Below are positions 12,014 through 24,090 of a stretch of 64,000 nucleotides of DNA, in pieces (the first letter of the stretch is position 1; the number at the start of each line of letters is the position of its first letter). Position numbers and translations under genes: made by a program. The DNA is taken from contig NC_087252.1 in the NCBI RefSeq assembly GCF_037042905.1, forward strand, positions 1,366,001 through 1,430,000. Reading direction: 5' to 3'. The stretch comes from Lytechinus pictus. Its lineage: Eukaryota. The notes under the pieces are model-generated. The model ran no database searches. It worked only from the letters and a program-made list of their open reading frames with translations, and had not been told where the DNA came from.

Positions 12014-13796
12014 CTGTAAAAAATATAAAACATGATGTATGATGATGATAAGGACTCTGTTTTATAAAAGTTGTAAATAATACAAGTACCAATATTTAGG
12101 GAATATTGGATGGCCTTGAGTGGGATGCAAAGAAATATTGTACGAGCTGAAGAACAATATTGGATGAGTCGAAGACGAATCCAATATTGTTCTTCAGCGA
12201 GTAACAATATTTATACGCATCCTACGAAAATTGGTCATCCAATATTTTTATTTAGATATCCCCACAAAGCTAAACATAAAGTAATGAGGCCAAAAAAAAA
12301 GTTTTTAGTAACCATCATTTACAGCAATCCTGTAAATCATGAGCATGGCACCCGAGTATTGTCATTTTTTTAAAAGAAATCTCTGTAATAAAGTAAAGAT
12401 GCGCTAGCGTATAGTGCAAGCGCATTTGAATTCAATAAATTGACGCTCCTTTACCACACCTCCTGGCAACTAATACGCAATGCAATTTCATTGTGACGCA
12501 ACAATAGTTCATGCGCACAATCATTTATTAACCAATGATAACCTTGTGGGTGGGGCTAAATATTCATTTCGTCCAATATTTTCAATATTGGATGGTTTTC
12601 ATAGGCATGCACGTTAAAAATCAGTTTTAATATTTTCTCTTTGAAACAACCTCGCAAGACGTCAAAAAATATCTGCTCCTCAAAAACGCTACATCTAAAT
12701 AATAATAACAAATCATAATATTCTGTTATTTTGTATTGTGTACTATTCTCTACAGTGCATATCATTAATCATTTACCTGTAACATCTCTATTATGCTTCC
12801 AAAGAAATTTTGATATCATTTTCTTACCCTGGCTTTAGCCTAATCTGCATGCACAGACCTTTTTTTAAGACTAGATTCACTAGATAAATAGTTGTCTCTC
12901 ATTTGACTTGGACAGTGAATGTGGAGACTAGTCTTCACTCCAGACAAGGTATAATTGGTTAAAGTGTCAAATTGAGCATGTTCTTACAGACTAGCTTAAG
13001 CCTGGCAACCTTTATGCTGTCTAGAATACAAACGATAGATAATGACTATCAAATGACAGGATTTCAAAATATTATAGCTTACAGTATATATATAATATCC
13101 CTTATTTAAGTTTGTTGTATTGATAGTGTACACAAGGAGAAAAATAATAATTTGACTATGAAAAGGTTCTTTTTCCCACAATCATAAAGGTGTTTTCTTA
13201 TAACAATGTAAATTGCTTATTGAAGCACTGCTAAATCGGTAAGGCATTAAGTCTACAGAGCAACAATTATCAACTGAAATTTAATATGAGCTGTCTTGTA
13301 CACTTCAGCTAACTTCTGAATAATTAAGGAGCTACAACCTCTGTGGCCTATTAATGTAAATGTACATGTAGTTCAAATCCAATCATCATCAACATATAAG
13401 CTATATGTACGTTTGTGTTACACCGTGACATGCTATCAGAATTTGATGTTTATCAGATTTTATCAGATAAGACCCCTTCTTTCATTTTTATTAAACCAAA
13501 TATATGATCTTATTTACAGGATGCATGCCAGAAATTTGTATCTACAATAACTTAAAAAATACTTTATCATGTATCAATTACAGAATGATAAGAAATGCAG
13601 CTTTTTTGTATTGTTAATTTTGCATTCAAATTGACCCTATGATAATTAAATGCAAGAAGTTTTATCAAGTTTAACCTCTGATAATACAGGCATTGTTTTA
13701 AAAAAATGACCAGGTTACATTTACTTGGAGACAATGCATGAAATGAATAGAGGGTCAATGTGAAGGTTGTAGGAAAACATGCTTCACCCCATACCA

Positions 13797-14214
13797 GGGT
13801 CCCGTTTCATAAAGATTTGTTATAATAACAAATGCACAATTTCTATAACAAATTTACAATCAGCCAATCAGATTAAAGGATTTCAGTAGCGTTTAACTGT
13901 TATTGCAAATTTGCTATTCTAACAAGTTTTATGAAACAGATCCCTGATCAAAAGCTACTGATATAATGCCATGTGATTGGCCGATCAAATTCTGTCATCA
14001 AAATAATGTTGTGATGGACAATATGTGTTAATATAAGAAAATTGATACAAGAACTCAGGATCAGTTCAGGCCCATTTCATAAAGACTTGTTAAAATGAAA
14101 ATGCAAAATTTTTTATCACAAATTTACCATCAGCCAATCAGATAGAAGGATTTCAGTAGCTTTCACTGTTACTGCAAATTTGTTATTACAACAAGTTTTA
14201 TGAAACGGGCCCCA
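13797..14214. mobile_element. Two ~150-bp MITEs (GGGCCCGTTTCATAAA TIR, internal AGCCAATCAG); related copies near 6671, 32471, 33562 and 44852
   Basis: Repeated gggtcccgtttcataaag…ttttatgaaacgggccc units at ~13797-13945 and ~14068-14214. Confidence 0.75.
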
Positions 14215-14378
14215 GAACCCCTGATATAGAAACATTTAAATGATGAAATGATTAAGACCAGTCAGTTATTGCTGAAAGTGTATATTGTTCACTGCACCCA
14301 GTATCAACAAATTTGACTCGTTGTTTGAAAAAAATTACGATTGTTTGTAAATCAAATCTGACTAATGATAAATCTTAC

Positions 14379-14468
14379 CTCCGAAGATTTCTTTTTTGAT
14401 TTATAACCAAGACCTTTCTGATGGCGCTCCCAGTCTTCTATCTCGTCCTTTCTCTTCTCCTCTTCTTT
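14379..14468 (-). CDS. SELENOS: Selenoprotein S, exon 4 (KEEEKRKDEIEDWERHQKGLGYKSKKKSSE)
   Basis: Acceptor ttttgtAG, donor GAG|gtaaga; 90 nt, phase 0-0; EEEKR..IE.W....G..YK pattern of SelS. Confidence 0.93.
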
Positions 14469-14963
14469 CTACAAAATGTGTCCAACAATGAACAAACAAT
14501 TGGATTGTCAACTGATTTAATGCTCAAGATATTCATTGCTGCAACATATTTTGTTACAAGGAAGACATATCATGCACACATGAAAATATGAAATAATTAT
14601 GACTTTGTGTAATAAGATAAGAAGAAGGACAAGTGGGGATGTGACTCATCAGCCCACCTGATGAACATTCATTCATGATGGTGCGCATTGTAACTGTTTG
14701 CACAAAATATTCCTTTATTTAAAATTTGATAACTCTTTTATTTATCAGATCTTGATGAACTTAACAGGGTTGCTTCAAGTGAATTTATAACTCTAATTAT
14801 TTAGACATCCGTGCAATCATTTTCAGCCTGAAGTACCCCTTTACCAATGCAGTAAATGTGGATTTTCCAGGGCTCTTTTGAGCATGTCAGGGGCGAAATC
14901 ACCCAAGCCCTAATATACTTTTTTCTCTGGTGCATAGCATCATCATAAATAGCCCATTCTAAC

Positions 14964-15070
14964 CTCTTTCTGTTTCTGAAGATATTCTTCAGCCTCAGCA
15001 TCATACTTGGCCTGTAGTCTTTGTCTTGCTCTCTCCATGGCTTCCTGTCTCTCTAATACTTCATTCGCAT
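14964..15070 (-). CDS. SELENOS: Selenoprotein S, exon 3 (VCP/p97-interacting helix RQEAMERARQRLQ)
   Basis: Acceptor ttgttttAG, donor GAG|gttaga; 107 nt, phase 1-0; resembles the SelS VIM/coiled-coil. Confidence 0.93.
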
Positions 15071-15098
15071 CTAAAACAAGATGGGAGAAAAAGAAGTA

Positions 15099-15409
15099 GG
15101 CCCATATTCTGAAGTCAGGTTTAACTTGGACCATGGCCTAACTCTGTGCTAAAATTATGGGAGCCAAATATTCAAAAATTCTGTTTCTATTATATATTTC
15201 TTATCTTCAATAGTTTGCTTTCATAATGAGGAAAAAATACTTCAAAATACATAATTTATCATTCACAACAATTATGAACAGTTTGGGTGTCATATGAGTT
15301 AATAAATTAAATGTGTACCATAAGGAATTTGTGCTCCAATTGGCCCTCCATAGTTAAACCACAACTTTAAACCAGGGTTTAATTAAAACCCGAGTCCAGA
15401 ATACAGGCC
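15099..15409. mobile_element. ~310-bp Harbinger-like MITE (same family), ~28 nt upstream of the SELENOS exon 3 acceptor
   Basis: TIR ggcccatattctgaagtc / gagtccagaatacaggcc; internal sequence matches the other copies. Confidence 0.8.
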
Positions 15410-15787
15410 TATGTGTCTAGAATACCCCATACAAACATTTGCCTATGGTGGATCCCCTCCATTTCCATAGATAATGTTAATGTATTATCTTTCCATTTGC
15501 TTTTATATTTTGTTAACTCATGGAAAGAATATTATACTTATCTCCATTTTTATTGTTTATATGATTATATTATAATATGCAAAATTGTAAATACTACCAT
15601 TTTACTCTGTTCTGTTGGAAATGAAAATACATGAATTTGGATTTGAATACACATTACAATCATTGAAATGCTCTATGATCAAAATGGAAACTTTGACAAG
15701 CACCCTATAATACTAAAATCCACATGGGTTCCCACAAGGTCAAATATGTATCATAGACTCAGTAATCAATTATGATTGATGGTGTAT

Positions 15788-16135
15788 GTGGAAGCATCGT
15801 GGTGTAGCAGTTCTGACTCTCGCCTTGTAATCAGAGGGTCGTGTGTTCGAATCCCACCATGGCCTAGCGTCCTTTGGCAAGGCGTTAATCCACACTTTGC
15901 CACTCTCCACCCAGGTGTTAAATGGGTACCCGGTAGGATGTGAAAGCCTATTATGTAGTATGCCTAGCAATTGAGTCTTGGAACTCTTGTTGGAATGCTC
16001 CCCAGGGAGTGGAGAAGGTGCATACATTGTATGCGGGCATGCAAGGATCCGATGACCGGGGTAATAATATATCTGTAAAGCGCTTAGAGATGTCGTTCCG
16101 ATGTATTAAGCGCTATATAAATGCGGAATATTATG
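15788..16135 (+). mobile_element. tRNA-derived SINE, full length
   Basis: A-box (tggtgtagcag) and B-box (gttcgaatcc) head, ccacccaggtg…aaatgggtacc core, tgtaaagcgct…aagcgctatataa tail; fragments at ~8505-8660(-), ~11737-11885(-) and ~62918-63062(+). Confidence 0.85.
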
Positions 16136-16169
16136 ATTTGTAAGAAATTAAAACAACTGATTCCTACTT

Positions 16170-16369
16170 GTAACCTCTGAAGGTTTCCATGGAAAAGAAG
16201 AATAGTGTAGTAGGATTCACGGTACCCCATGCATCTTTTCTCCTGAACAACATTCTCCTGAAGACGACAAGAACACACTTGTCGAAACGTAGAGATTGGG
16301 TGGTCCTTTTCAGGACCAGCACTTGCCCAAGAAAGATACACGGTGTACCGTGAAACCTACTACACTATA
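16170..16369 (+). mobile_element. 200-bp Penelope-like pLTR fragment with partial inverted repeat and 10-bp target-site duplication
   Basis: Flanked by attcctactt at 16160-16169 and 16370-16379; inverted repeat atagtgtagtaggattcacggtac / gtaccgtgaaacctactacactat; contains a hammerhead motif. Confidence 0.65.
16251..16298 (+). ncRNA. Minimal type I hammerhead ribozyme motif
   Basis: CAUUCUC-CUGAAGA-C-GACAAG-AACACA-CUUGUC-GAAAC-GUA-GAGAUUG: both catalytic boxes, 6-bp stem II, stem I UCUC/GAGA, palindromic ACGU in place of stem III, GUA cleavage triplet. Confidence 0.7.
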
Positions 16370-16381
16370 ATTCCTACTTAC

Positions 16382-16519
16382 TGTATTTATTGAGATTTGA
16401 TTCCTGGGTTCTCTGTTTCTTCCATCCTTGTAGTCTCGAATCCAGCCAGTTATTGATAAAAACTAAACCTATCACACCAAACAGAATGAACCATCCATAG
16501 TTGGATATGAACTCGGAGG
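16382..16519 (-). CDS. SELENOS: Selenoprotein S, exon 2 (transmembrane segment NYGWFILFGVIGLVFI)
   Basis: Acceptor ccttccAG, donor A|gtaagt; 138 nt, phase 1-1; YGW plus hydrophobic helix characteristic of SelS. Confidence 0.92.
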
Positions 16520-19500
16520 CTGGAAGGAGTTACAAGAGAAAAATAAAAGAAGTAAATAAATGCTAATGTACAAATCATACCATGTATACCAAGCTTTTGT
16601 GCGTCCAGACAGAATGTTTGTCCGGACAAGTAATATCAGACAATATTATAGCACAAACCTTTACAATTATTTGTGATATCTCCCCCTACAAATTTGCAAT
16701 GCTAACTGTGTTAATACATTTAAAGTTATGCTTAAAACTCATCTTTTTAAATCTTAAATTGATCATATCATATATTTATTGGCCAATTTGATGGTATTTC
16801 TTTATTCATAATCTGGTGAGAACTAGTAAATTGTAATATTAATTTTGATACATTTTGTTGTGCAAAGTATTTCTATTTCTATTTCCTTTATACTTCATAT
16901 TTCCTTTCTCTTAACCGCTTCACGTACGTGCAGTCGCCGCTGGCTAACGTCAGCTTAATGGACGACGCCATACTGCCAGATTTGGCCCGCGCCCTCACCG
17001 GCTAACGCTCGAACGCCATTCATCCATACACTAATTCCTCTTGATTACCGTTGATAAAAACCTCGTTCAAATCTTTTCCAGAATTCTTATGAATTAGCGA
17101 TGGATGTTTTTCCGTTAATCAAATATCCTTTATTATACCAATATTTTTGTTATATTTATAACATTTTTATTTTAATCACAATTTCAGTCCAAACGCGGGT
17201 CTGTTTTTGTGAACCCACGTTGTTTGTGCATGCCCACGTATGGCCTTACGCGTATTGAAAGGAATGATGTTGGGTCGAAAAACAGAATTGTTGTTATTGT
17301 TTGTTCCGTGTTTGTTGGGGATGAAACTATGATGGCGACCAGTCACGTTTGACTGTACCGCCAGATAGTTAAGATTAATTAATTAAGGTCAAGGTGAGAT
17401 AAGAGAAATGAGCAAGGGGCTTTGTGGTGGGGGGGGGGGAGGGAGAGAGAGAGAGAGGGGGGGGGGGAGTTAAGAGGGCCAAGTGGGGATACAGTTTCAT
17501 CATGCAGTACAGGGCGTCGATGAACACCTTAATTTTTTTCTCCAACATATGGAAAGTGACAGAATAATCAGAAAAAGGTTGATTGGTTCTGATTTTGAAA
17601 AAAACAAAAAAACAATTCAAACAGAATTAATCAAGATTGCTGTTATTCTTCATGGTTGTAGAATTTAATTTAGTTTCTCTGATAAGTATAATTCTTTCAA
17701 ACAACTCAAATTTTGATTAATCGTATTTGATTTATTTCACTCTTTTCTTTCGCCTCGTTTTTTTTTTCTTCCAAAAAATCAGGGAGCTGAAAAAGATGAG
17801 AGCTAGAACCTAAAGATATGGGGTAGCTATGACGTTGGAGAGGGCTCAGCCCCATGCACTTGCAGATCCAGATCGATTTTCATAGGGGACACTTAGAGTA
17901 GCCCCTATTTCTTTAATATTTTTTTACAAGCAAAAAAAAAAGTCAATGAAGACATCATGCCACCGACAGCTGCCTCGTCAAAGAGGGGCGGTCGATTATT
18001 TTGAGCATTTTTTTTCATTTTGTCCTCAATAGGGGAGCTAGGGGGGGTCAATTAATTCTATATACACTTCTATTGTGTTTATATATGGGGGGGGGTCTGC
18101 TATTGAGCATGTTTTTAAAAGGGCTTAATATAACAGAAATTGTATGATTTTAACACAATAAAATGTATCATGGAGGTTAATACTAAATTAATTAATACAT
18201 AATTAATGATATTTGTTTTAATTGAAAATGAAAATAATAAAGGCACCCATAGATCTTAACATCTCATAAATACAGACCTAAACCTGTATTGGATGTTGAA
18301 CAGGCATAAAGTATGTTTAGCTGTAGCTGATGCTTTGATCCCGCAACCAAATAATGATAGCATAAAGTAGCTGTTATATCAGTGGCGTAACGAGCGAAAA
18401 AAATTTAGGGTTACCAGTAATCAGTATACGATATGGCATATCGGGCAAAATTTATAAAAGTATATAGTTGCAAGCAAGCGACATGAGCATAATTTTGACG
18501 TTTTTGTTACAAAAATCCAATTAAACAATTTCGCAAGATTCTCTTTCCTTTTCCTTTTTTTTCTTGTTCGTGAATTGGGGGCATGCAAGACCCCCCCCCC
18601 CCCCACCCCCCTAACAGCACCACTCTTTGTTATGTCACTGTCTAAAATTGGATTTCAACTTTGAGAATTTGAATTTCTAATCCAAAGGGATAAGACAAAA
18701 ATATTTGCAGATTACTTATTTCAAAGTATTTTTACCTAACTCCCCAACTCTGCTCTAGCTGCACTGCACGTTGCCCAACGGCCTTCCACCAAAGGGCCAG
18801 GCCGACTCGCCCCGCGAGCAAGTGACCGCGTTCGCGTAAGTTCACCCGAAGCCATGACTAAATTCTGACCATAAACATCACCTAACTAATCACTCTCTGA
18901 CAATATTTCAAAGTATCTTTTATTACAGTCGATCATTTGGGCCATTAAACGATAATATTTCCAATGTTATCATGACAAACAATTTTAATGAGATAGTGGC
19001 ATTGTAGAAAAAACAAATTTATAAGCACGAAATGGCACCAGATATATCATCAGACATACAGCGCAGCGTTCGGGACTGGTGAGTGGTACGGCTCGCTTGG
19101 AGTTTTCGCCCCGACGAATTCAGCGAAAACGTTACCATTGCGCCGTGCGAATGTTCAATCTACGGCTCTCAATCAGAGACTTGAATGTCTCTTTTCGCAT
19201 TATCTAAAATGTATCATAGACTTTGTTTGATTTGTTTACAAGTAAGTTGCATATCCGTCGTGATAATTAGGAAAATCCACAATGTCTTCTTCTAATTCTG
19301 TAAAAATTACGTCTTCAAAGTGCCTGTGTGTCAGAAAATTGCAGAAAATCGTAAAAACTTGCCTAAAATTTCTCTTTTTGAAAGTTCATCCATGGTCTGG
19401 AAATTTTGTTTATAACTTATGTAGACTTATACCGTGAACAAATGCATCCTCAATCACTGAAATGAAGTATTTGCTAAGATATTTTATCTCAGGCTGCGTT

Positions 19501-20272
19501 ACCATGGCAACTTGGAAAAATCCTTATTTTTTAAGAATAAAATTCTGGTTTTAAGGGTCATTTTAGAGACATAAAACTTACCCTATTTTGAAGTATTGGG
19601 TTTAAATTTCACATAAAACTGAATTATCTATGTTTATACTTTCGTATATGAATATTCATATTTCTTGTAGAATCTTAGTTTTTGATTGGTCAATGTTTCA
19701 GTCACGGCTAATGACTGAGTGTAAAAAAATCTGAAAATGCGCATTTTATCGGCAACCAACAAGCAAGATGGCGGAACACATTAAGTTGGCGCTATGCACG
19801 TACGTGGCTTAGAGGCAATTTTGAAAATTTGAGGTATATAAATCATTATTATTATTATTACACATGAGTCCGCAACAACCCGCATTACTGCAGAACACTT
19901 TACAGACTTCTGATAAAGTATTAAGCACTATATACGCAAGTACAATTATTGTTAGTATTATGAATTTCAAGATAACCCAGTGCAAAAAAATAAAAAAATA
20001 AGGGATAATCTATCAATTTTTTTTTTTTTGGGGGGGGGAGAAGTAGGGCAATTCTATGCAATAATCAACTCTTTGTAAATCTTTCTCCCATAATTTTCCC
20101 ATCCCAGTTTAGCTTGTACAGAGCTTTTTCCAAAAAAAATTCAAGAATGGAATCTTCTTCATCTTTTTGCTCTAATTTGTTCCAATACACCTCTCCTCTC
20201 AGTTTGAGTATCCTTTTTTTCCTTTTTATCCTTCTTCTCTTGTCTTTCCGTTAATGCCCACTATGGCATATG

Positions 20273-22150
20273 CAAGGCTCGACATTAGCGGTGGCCCGGT
20301 GGCCCGGGGCCACCAAAAATTCACCTCGGGCAACCATTATTGATAAAATGTTAAGTTTTGGTGGCCCGAATCGGGCAACCAATAATTTTCAAAGTAGCAC
20401 AATTTTTCTCCCAATTTTGCACGCATTTATCAACTTTCTACAGCTCAAATTGCAAGCCAGTTCGTCATGCGCCTTTTTTGTTGATCTACACACAAATACA
20501 CACACACACAGTTTGCATATTAGGCCTACAGCTATAGCATACAGTAGCTATTATCCAGCCAGCCGCGCCAGCCGGCTGGCGTGAGCTTTGCATGAAGCCA
20601 CTGCATACAGCTGTGCTCTAGATCTAGCTCAGCCTATTCAGACTCAGGGAGCTGCGATAAAAAATGTTGCTGCTGAGAAATCTTCCACAGAACTTTGAAA
20701 ATCTAAGTCAAAGTCACCTTTTACACCAATGAAATGAAATTCTACAGTCTATATTACGAAAATATGGTGTACCCTGATTATTTGCAAGTATTAAGAAGAG
20801 GAATTATGACCTCTCTTTTGACTCAAAAAGACCGATTTCCACATGAATTAATACACATAAAAACACATAGGCAAGTACATCACAGTCCCACGTGTGCATT
20901 TGTATGTATGTTGATACTTGGTTTCTTTCGAAGCTGTGTATTTTCTAGCCTTAAACAAACAGACAGTTTCTTTCTTTCTTGTTTATAAATGACTTCTTAA
21001 ACCACTCTTGAGAAAGTAAATACTTTGGGAAGGCATTTCATTGATATGAAATGTGATTTTTTTCCCAACATTTTGGCAAATATAGGGAAGGACTTTTCTC
21101 ACACTTTTTTTCCAATATAGTTTTTGCCGTTTTCTTTTTTTTTCTTTCATTTTTTTTGACAGTGGTTAAACCATTTATACCCCTTCCCATTGAATATGCC
21201 TGATTAAAAAATATGTTTCTACTGAAAATAAAATAATACAAACTAAAGGATATAAAAATAGAAATGTGCCATTCCCAAGAGGTAAGTGAAAATTATATGC
21301 TTGGCTTTTAATTATATTCCAGTCAGAATAGACTGTTGCCACAGCTGTTAAAAATATATGTAATGGCTTCTTAATTTTCCCCTTTTCCCCATTTTTATAT
21401 TAACTTTGTTTTATTAATTTTTCTTTAATTTTCTTTTCTTTTTTCTCTCTAATTTTTTTTCTTTTCTTTTTTTCTTTTTTTCCCTGTTCTTTGTTTTTTT
21501 CTTTCTTCATTTTCTTTCTTTTGTTTTATTTCACTAATTCCTTTTATTATTTTTGTTTTCTTTTTGTTATATACTTTTTGAAAATTATTTTCGTTTGTTT
21601 CTCCCTTTTATGCATTGTTCTAATTTTGCAGCATATTTTTCTGTGATTTTCTCCTTCTATATGCTGCAAAAGAGAAAACAGAAATAAACTGGATTTGGGG
21701 CATGCATAATCTAGGTTTTAGGATTCAAAGAGGAAGGAAGGAAAAACCATTGTTTTGTACATCTAACTGAGTTTGCTATGCACTATTTATTTACTTTACC
21801 ATTATCTCTATACAGAGATTTTTAAAAAAGTCCACACAACCTGCGAACAATACAATTCATTTATTCACTTTCAATCATTTCATTTTTACAACGATAGAAA
21901 CAATTATCAATTAGCAAAGTAAAATAACCGCAAACAAGGTTTACATACAAGATGTATAAAGTGAAAGGAACTTAGTCAGTGGTAGTGGCTGCAGAATTAA
22001 TATTTCAGAAGTTTGTTTTATTCATTTTTAATGTTTTTCTTTATATTTTTCGGGCCACCAAACTTTAATATCGGGCCACCAAAAAAAATTATTTGATGGT
22101 TTTGGTGGCCCGAACGGGCCACCACCAAAAAAAGTTAATGTGGAGCCTTG
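20273..22150. mobile_element. 1.9-kb non-autonomous DNA transposon (P-element-like termini, 7-bp TSD) in SELENOS intron 1
   Basis: TIR caaggctcgacatta / taatgtggagccttg; TSD gcatatg at 20266-20272 and 22151-22157; repeated gtggccc/gggccac subterminal motifs; no transposase ORF. Confidence 0.85.
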
Positions 22151-22189
22151 GCATATGAACGTCAAGATTGACTTGACCTGAATTTTACC

Positions 22190-22491
22190 AGGACCGGCAG
22201 GGTGAACACCCTACTCTTTGATGAATAGTGTATTGGTTTTAACGTGCATAGGTTGTGACTCTCCTATACACGGGACCAACATTTGCGTCCTATCTGATGG
22301 ATGGAGTGTTTTCCAACTGCATTCACACCTGCACTGAATACAGTGGTGAGGCACGCTTACACCTAATGCTATACATGTAGCTTCAGATTTTTTGTTAGAC
22401 GCGTTTCGGCATGAGCGGGACTCGAACCCCTCACGTTGAGATCTACGATGTTATCCGAAACATGCGTTCTAACCGACTGAGCTACGCTGCC
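22190..22491 (-). mobile_element. tRNA-derived SINE (second family)
   Basis: Minus-strand head GGCAGCGTAGCTCAGTCGGTTAGA…GGTTCGAGTCCC followed by a non-tRNA body; 3' boundary approximate. Confidence 0.7.
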
Positions 22492-23752
22492 CGTTTCCCT
22501 AAAGTTATATTTTCTTCTTTCTCTTCCTCAGCTGCCTCTCCTCTTCTTCTTGCTCCTTCAATCTGTTGACCCTCTAGATCTAGTCATGGGTGTCAGCAAA
22601 GAGGATCATCTTTTTTTTTTGGGGGGGACATCTATTGTTGTGTCCCCCAAAACAAAATATAATCCTGCCTCTACTCTTCTTTTTTCTTTGTCCCCATAAT
22701 ATGCCTTGACAAATCCAGAGTCCTTCTCTTAGTTAGTACATGTAGATCTAGATCTACTATACTTTTCATTATTCCTTCCTGATTCAAGATCCTCCTGATC
22801 CTCTTCCTACTTCTCTTCTTCTCCACCTTATCTTCCTCCTATCATCTTTCTTTCTCGATCTTTCCCAATCTAGCTGCATTTATTTTAAGAAACAGCTGAG
22901 CAAAAAACATGCTCATTAAAAGAAGTATATTGCGGCAGCGATTGCATGAATATGGCCTGCATGTATGTCTATAGACAGGGATAACCGTTGTTTCTGGGGA
23001 TTTCCTCAACAATTTCTGACATTGGACAGTGGAGCCAACGTAACTGGGGTAGAAGGAGAGAACTTTTCGTTTTTTTGAGCTCCCTGGGTTAGGCCTTATC
23101 CTGAAATAAGTCACCTCTCTTCTCATGTGTGTGTCAGTGAAGAAAGCTTCGACAGAAGTCACCGCCGCTGACGAAACAAACGGCAGTGAAAGGAGTGGTG
23201 ACTTAAACCACGATAATGCCATTATTTACAACACAACTTACACAAGACAAAAGATCTTCTCCCCCCCCCCCCATGGCCATGCCTTTGCCGAACTCGGATT
23301 TACCTTCACCTTTCTCCTCAATTCTCAGACTCAGTCTTACGCCACTCATTCAATGAACAAGGTATGATCTCACGCTCGCTCTTGCTCCTGTATTTTTAGC
23401 CTACAAGGCTACAAATACAATGCTACATGTACATTTTGAAACTAACTTCATCTTTCTAACAAATTCAGGTCAAATACAATGGAAATGGGCATGCAGGGGG
23501 CATGGGTCTGGAAATCATACTGGAAATTTTGATTTCTCAACATGTCATGACCCCCCCAAAAAAGGCAACATGGAAATTCATGAACGTCATGATTCATTGT
23601 TCGTGTTCAGTGCACAGTGTTCATGGTGTTCTGCTGTTTGTTCTGTGAGTGTGAGTGTGAATGTGATTGTGTTCGTCATGTTCGTGTTAAACTTATGAAA
23701 ATTAGTCAAAACAGGCTAAACATGGCTAAATATTCCTATTCCTACATATTAC

Positions 23753-23834
23753 CTGTTGACAGTCCATATGAGACACTCTCTGGTGTCGTGTTCCCATCTT
23801 CTGTCAGCTCACGATCTTCAAAAATCTCCGACAT
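23753..23834 (-). CDS. SELENOS: Selenoprotein S, coding exon 1 (MSEIFEDRELTEDGNTTPESVSYGLST)
   Basis: ccaacATG at 23834; donor ACAG|gtaata at 23752; phase 1 matches exon 2; gives a 188-aa protein, typical SELENOS size. Confidence 0.8.
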
Positions 23835-23966
23835 GTTGGCTCAGTCTCAGCCTCAGGTCCTTTGCATGGCAGACTCGACTCGACTCACTCGACTCACAGC
23901 AACACTGCTAGCATGCACGCATATAATATGTGAGCTAGCTGATCATGCAATCAACAATCTCGAATG

Positions 23967-24090
23967 TTGTTTACATGACGTGTGGAAACTGAACCACAAC
24001 CTCGGTACCGGGATTCGGTCATTGTGCAGCCCTTGTGCTTTTATTTCATGATGATCATGATGATGGGGGCTATATATATAGAGGCGGGGG
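23967..24090 (-). promoter_or_regulatory. Putative SELENOS proximal promoter (FOXO-type TTGTTTAC, bZIP/UPRE-like TGACGTGT, TATA-like run, GC box)
   Basis: Motifs read directly 130-255 bp upstream of the ATG; function inferred. Confidence 0.4.

Noticed and set aside
15788..15865. tRNA gene
   Set aside because: Head of a multi-copy SINE with core and tail; cloverleaf incomplete.
22408..22491. tRNA gene
   Set aside because: A and B boxes present, but acceptor and anticodon stems pair poorly and a SINE-like body follows.
23617..24051. 144-aa + strand ORF
   Set aside because: Antisense to SELENOS exon 1 and promoter, non-ATG start, no recognisable protein features.
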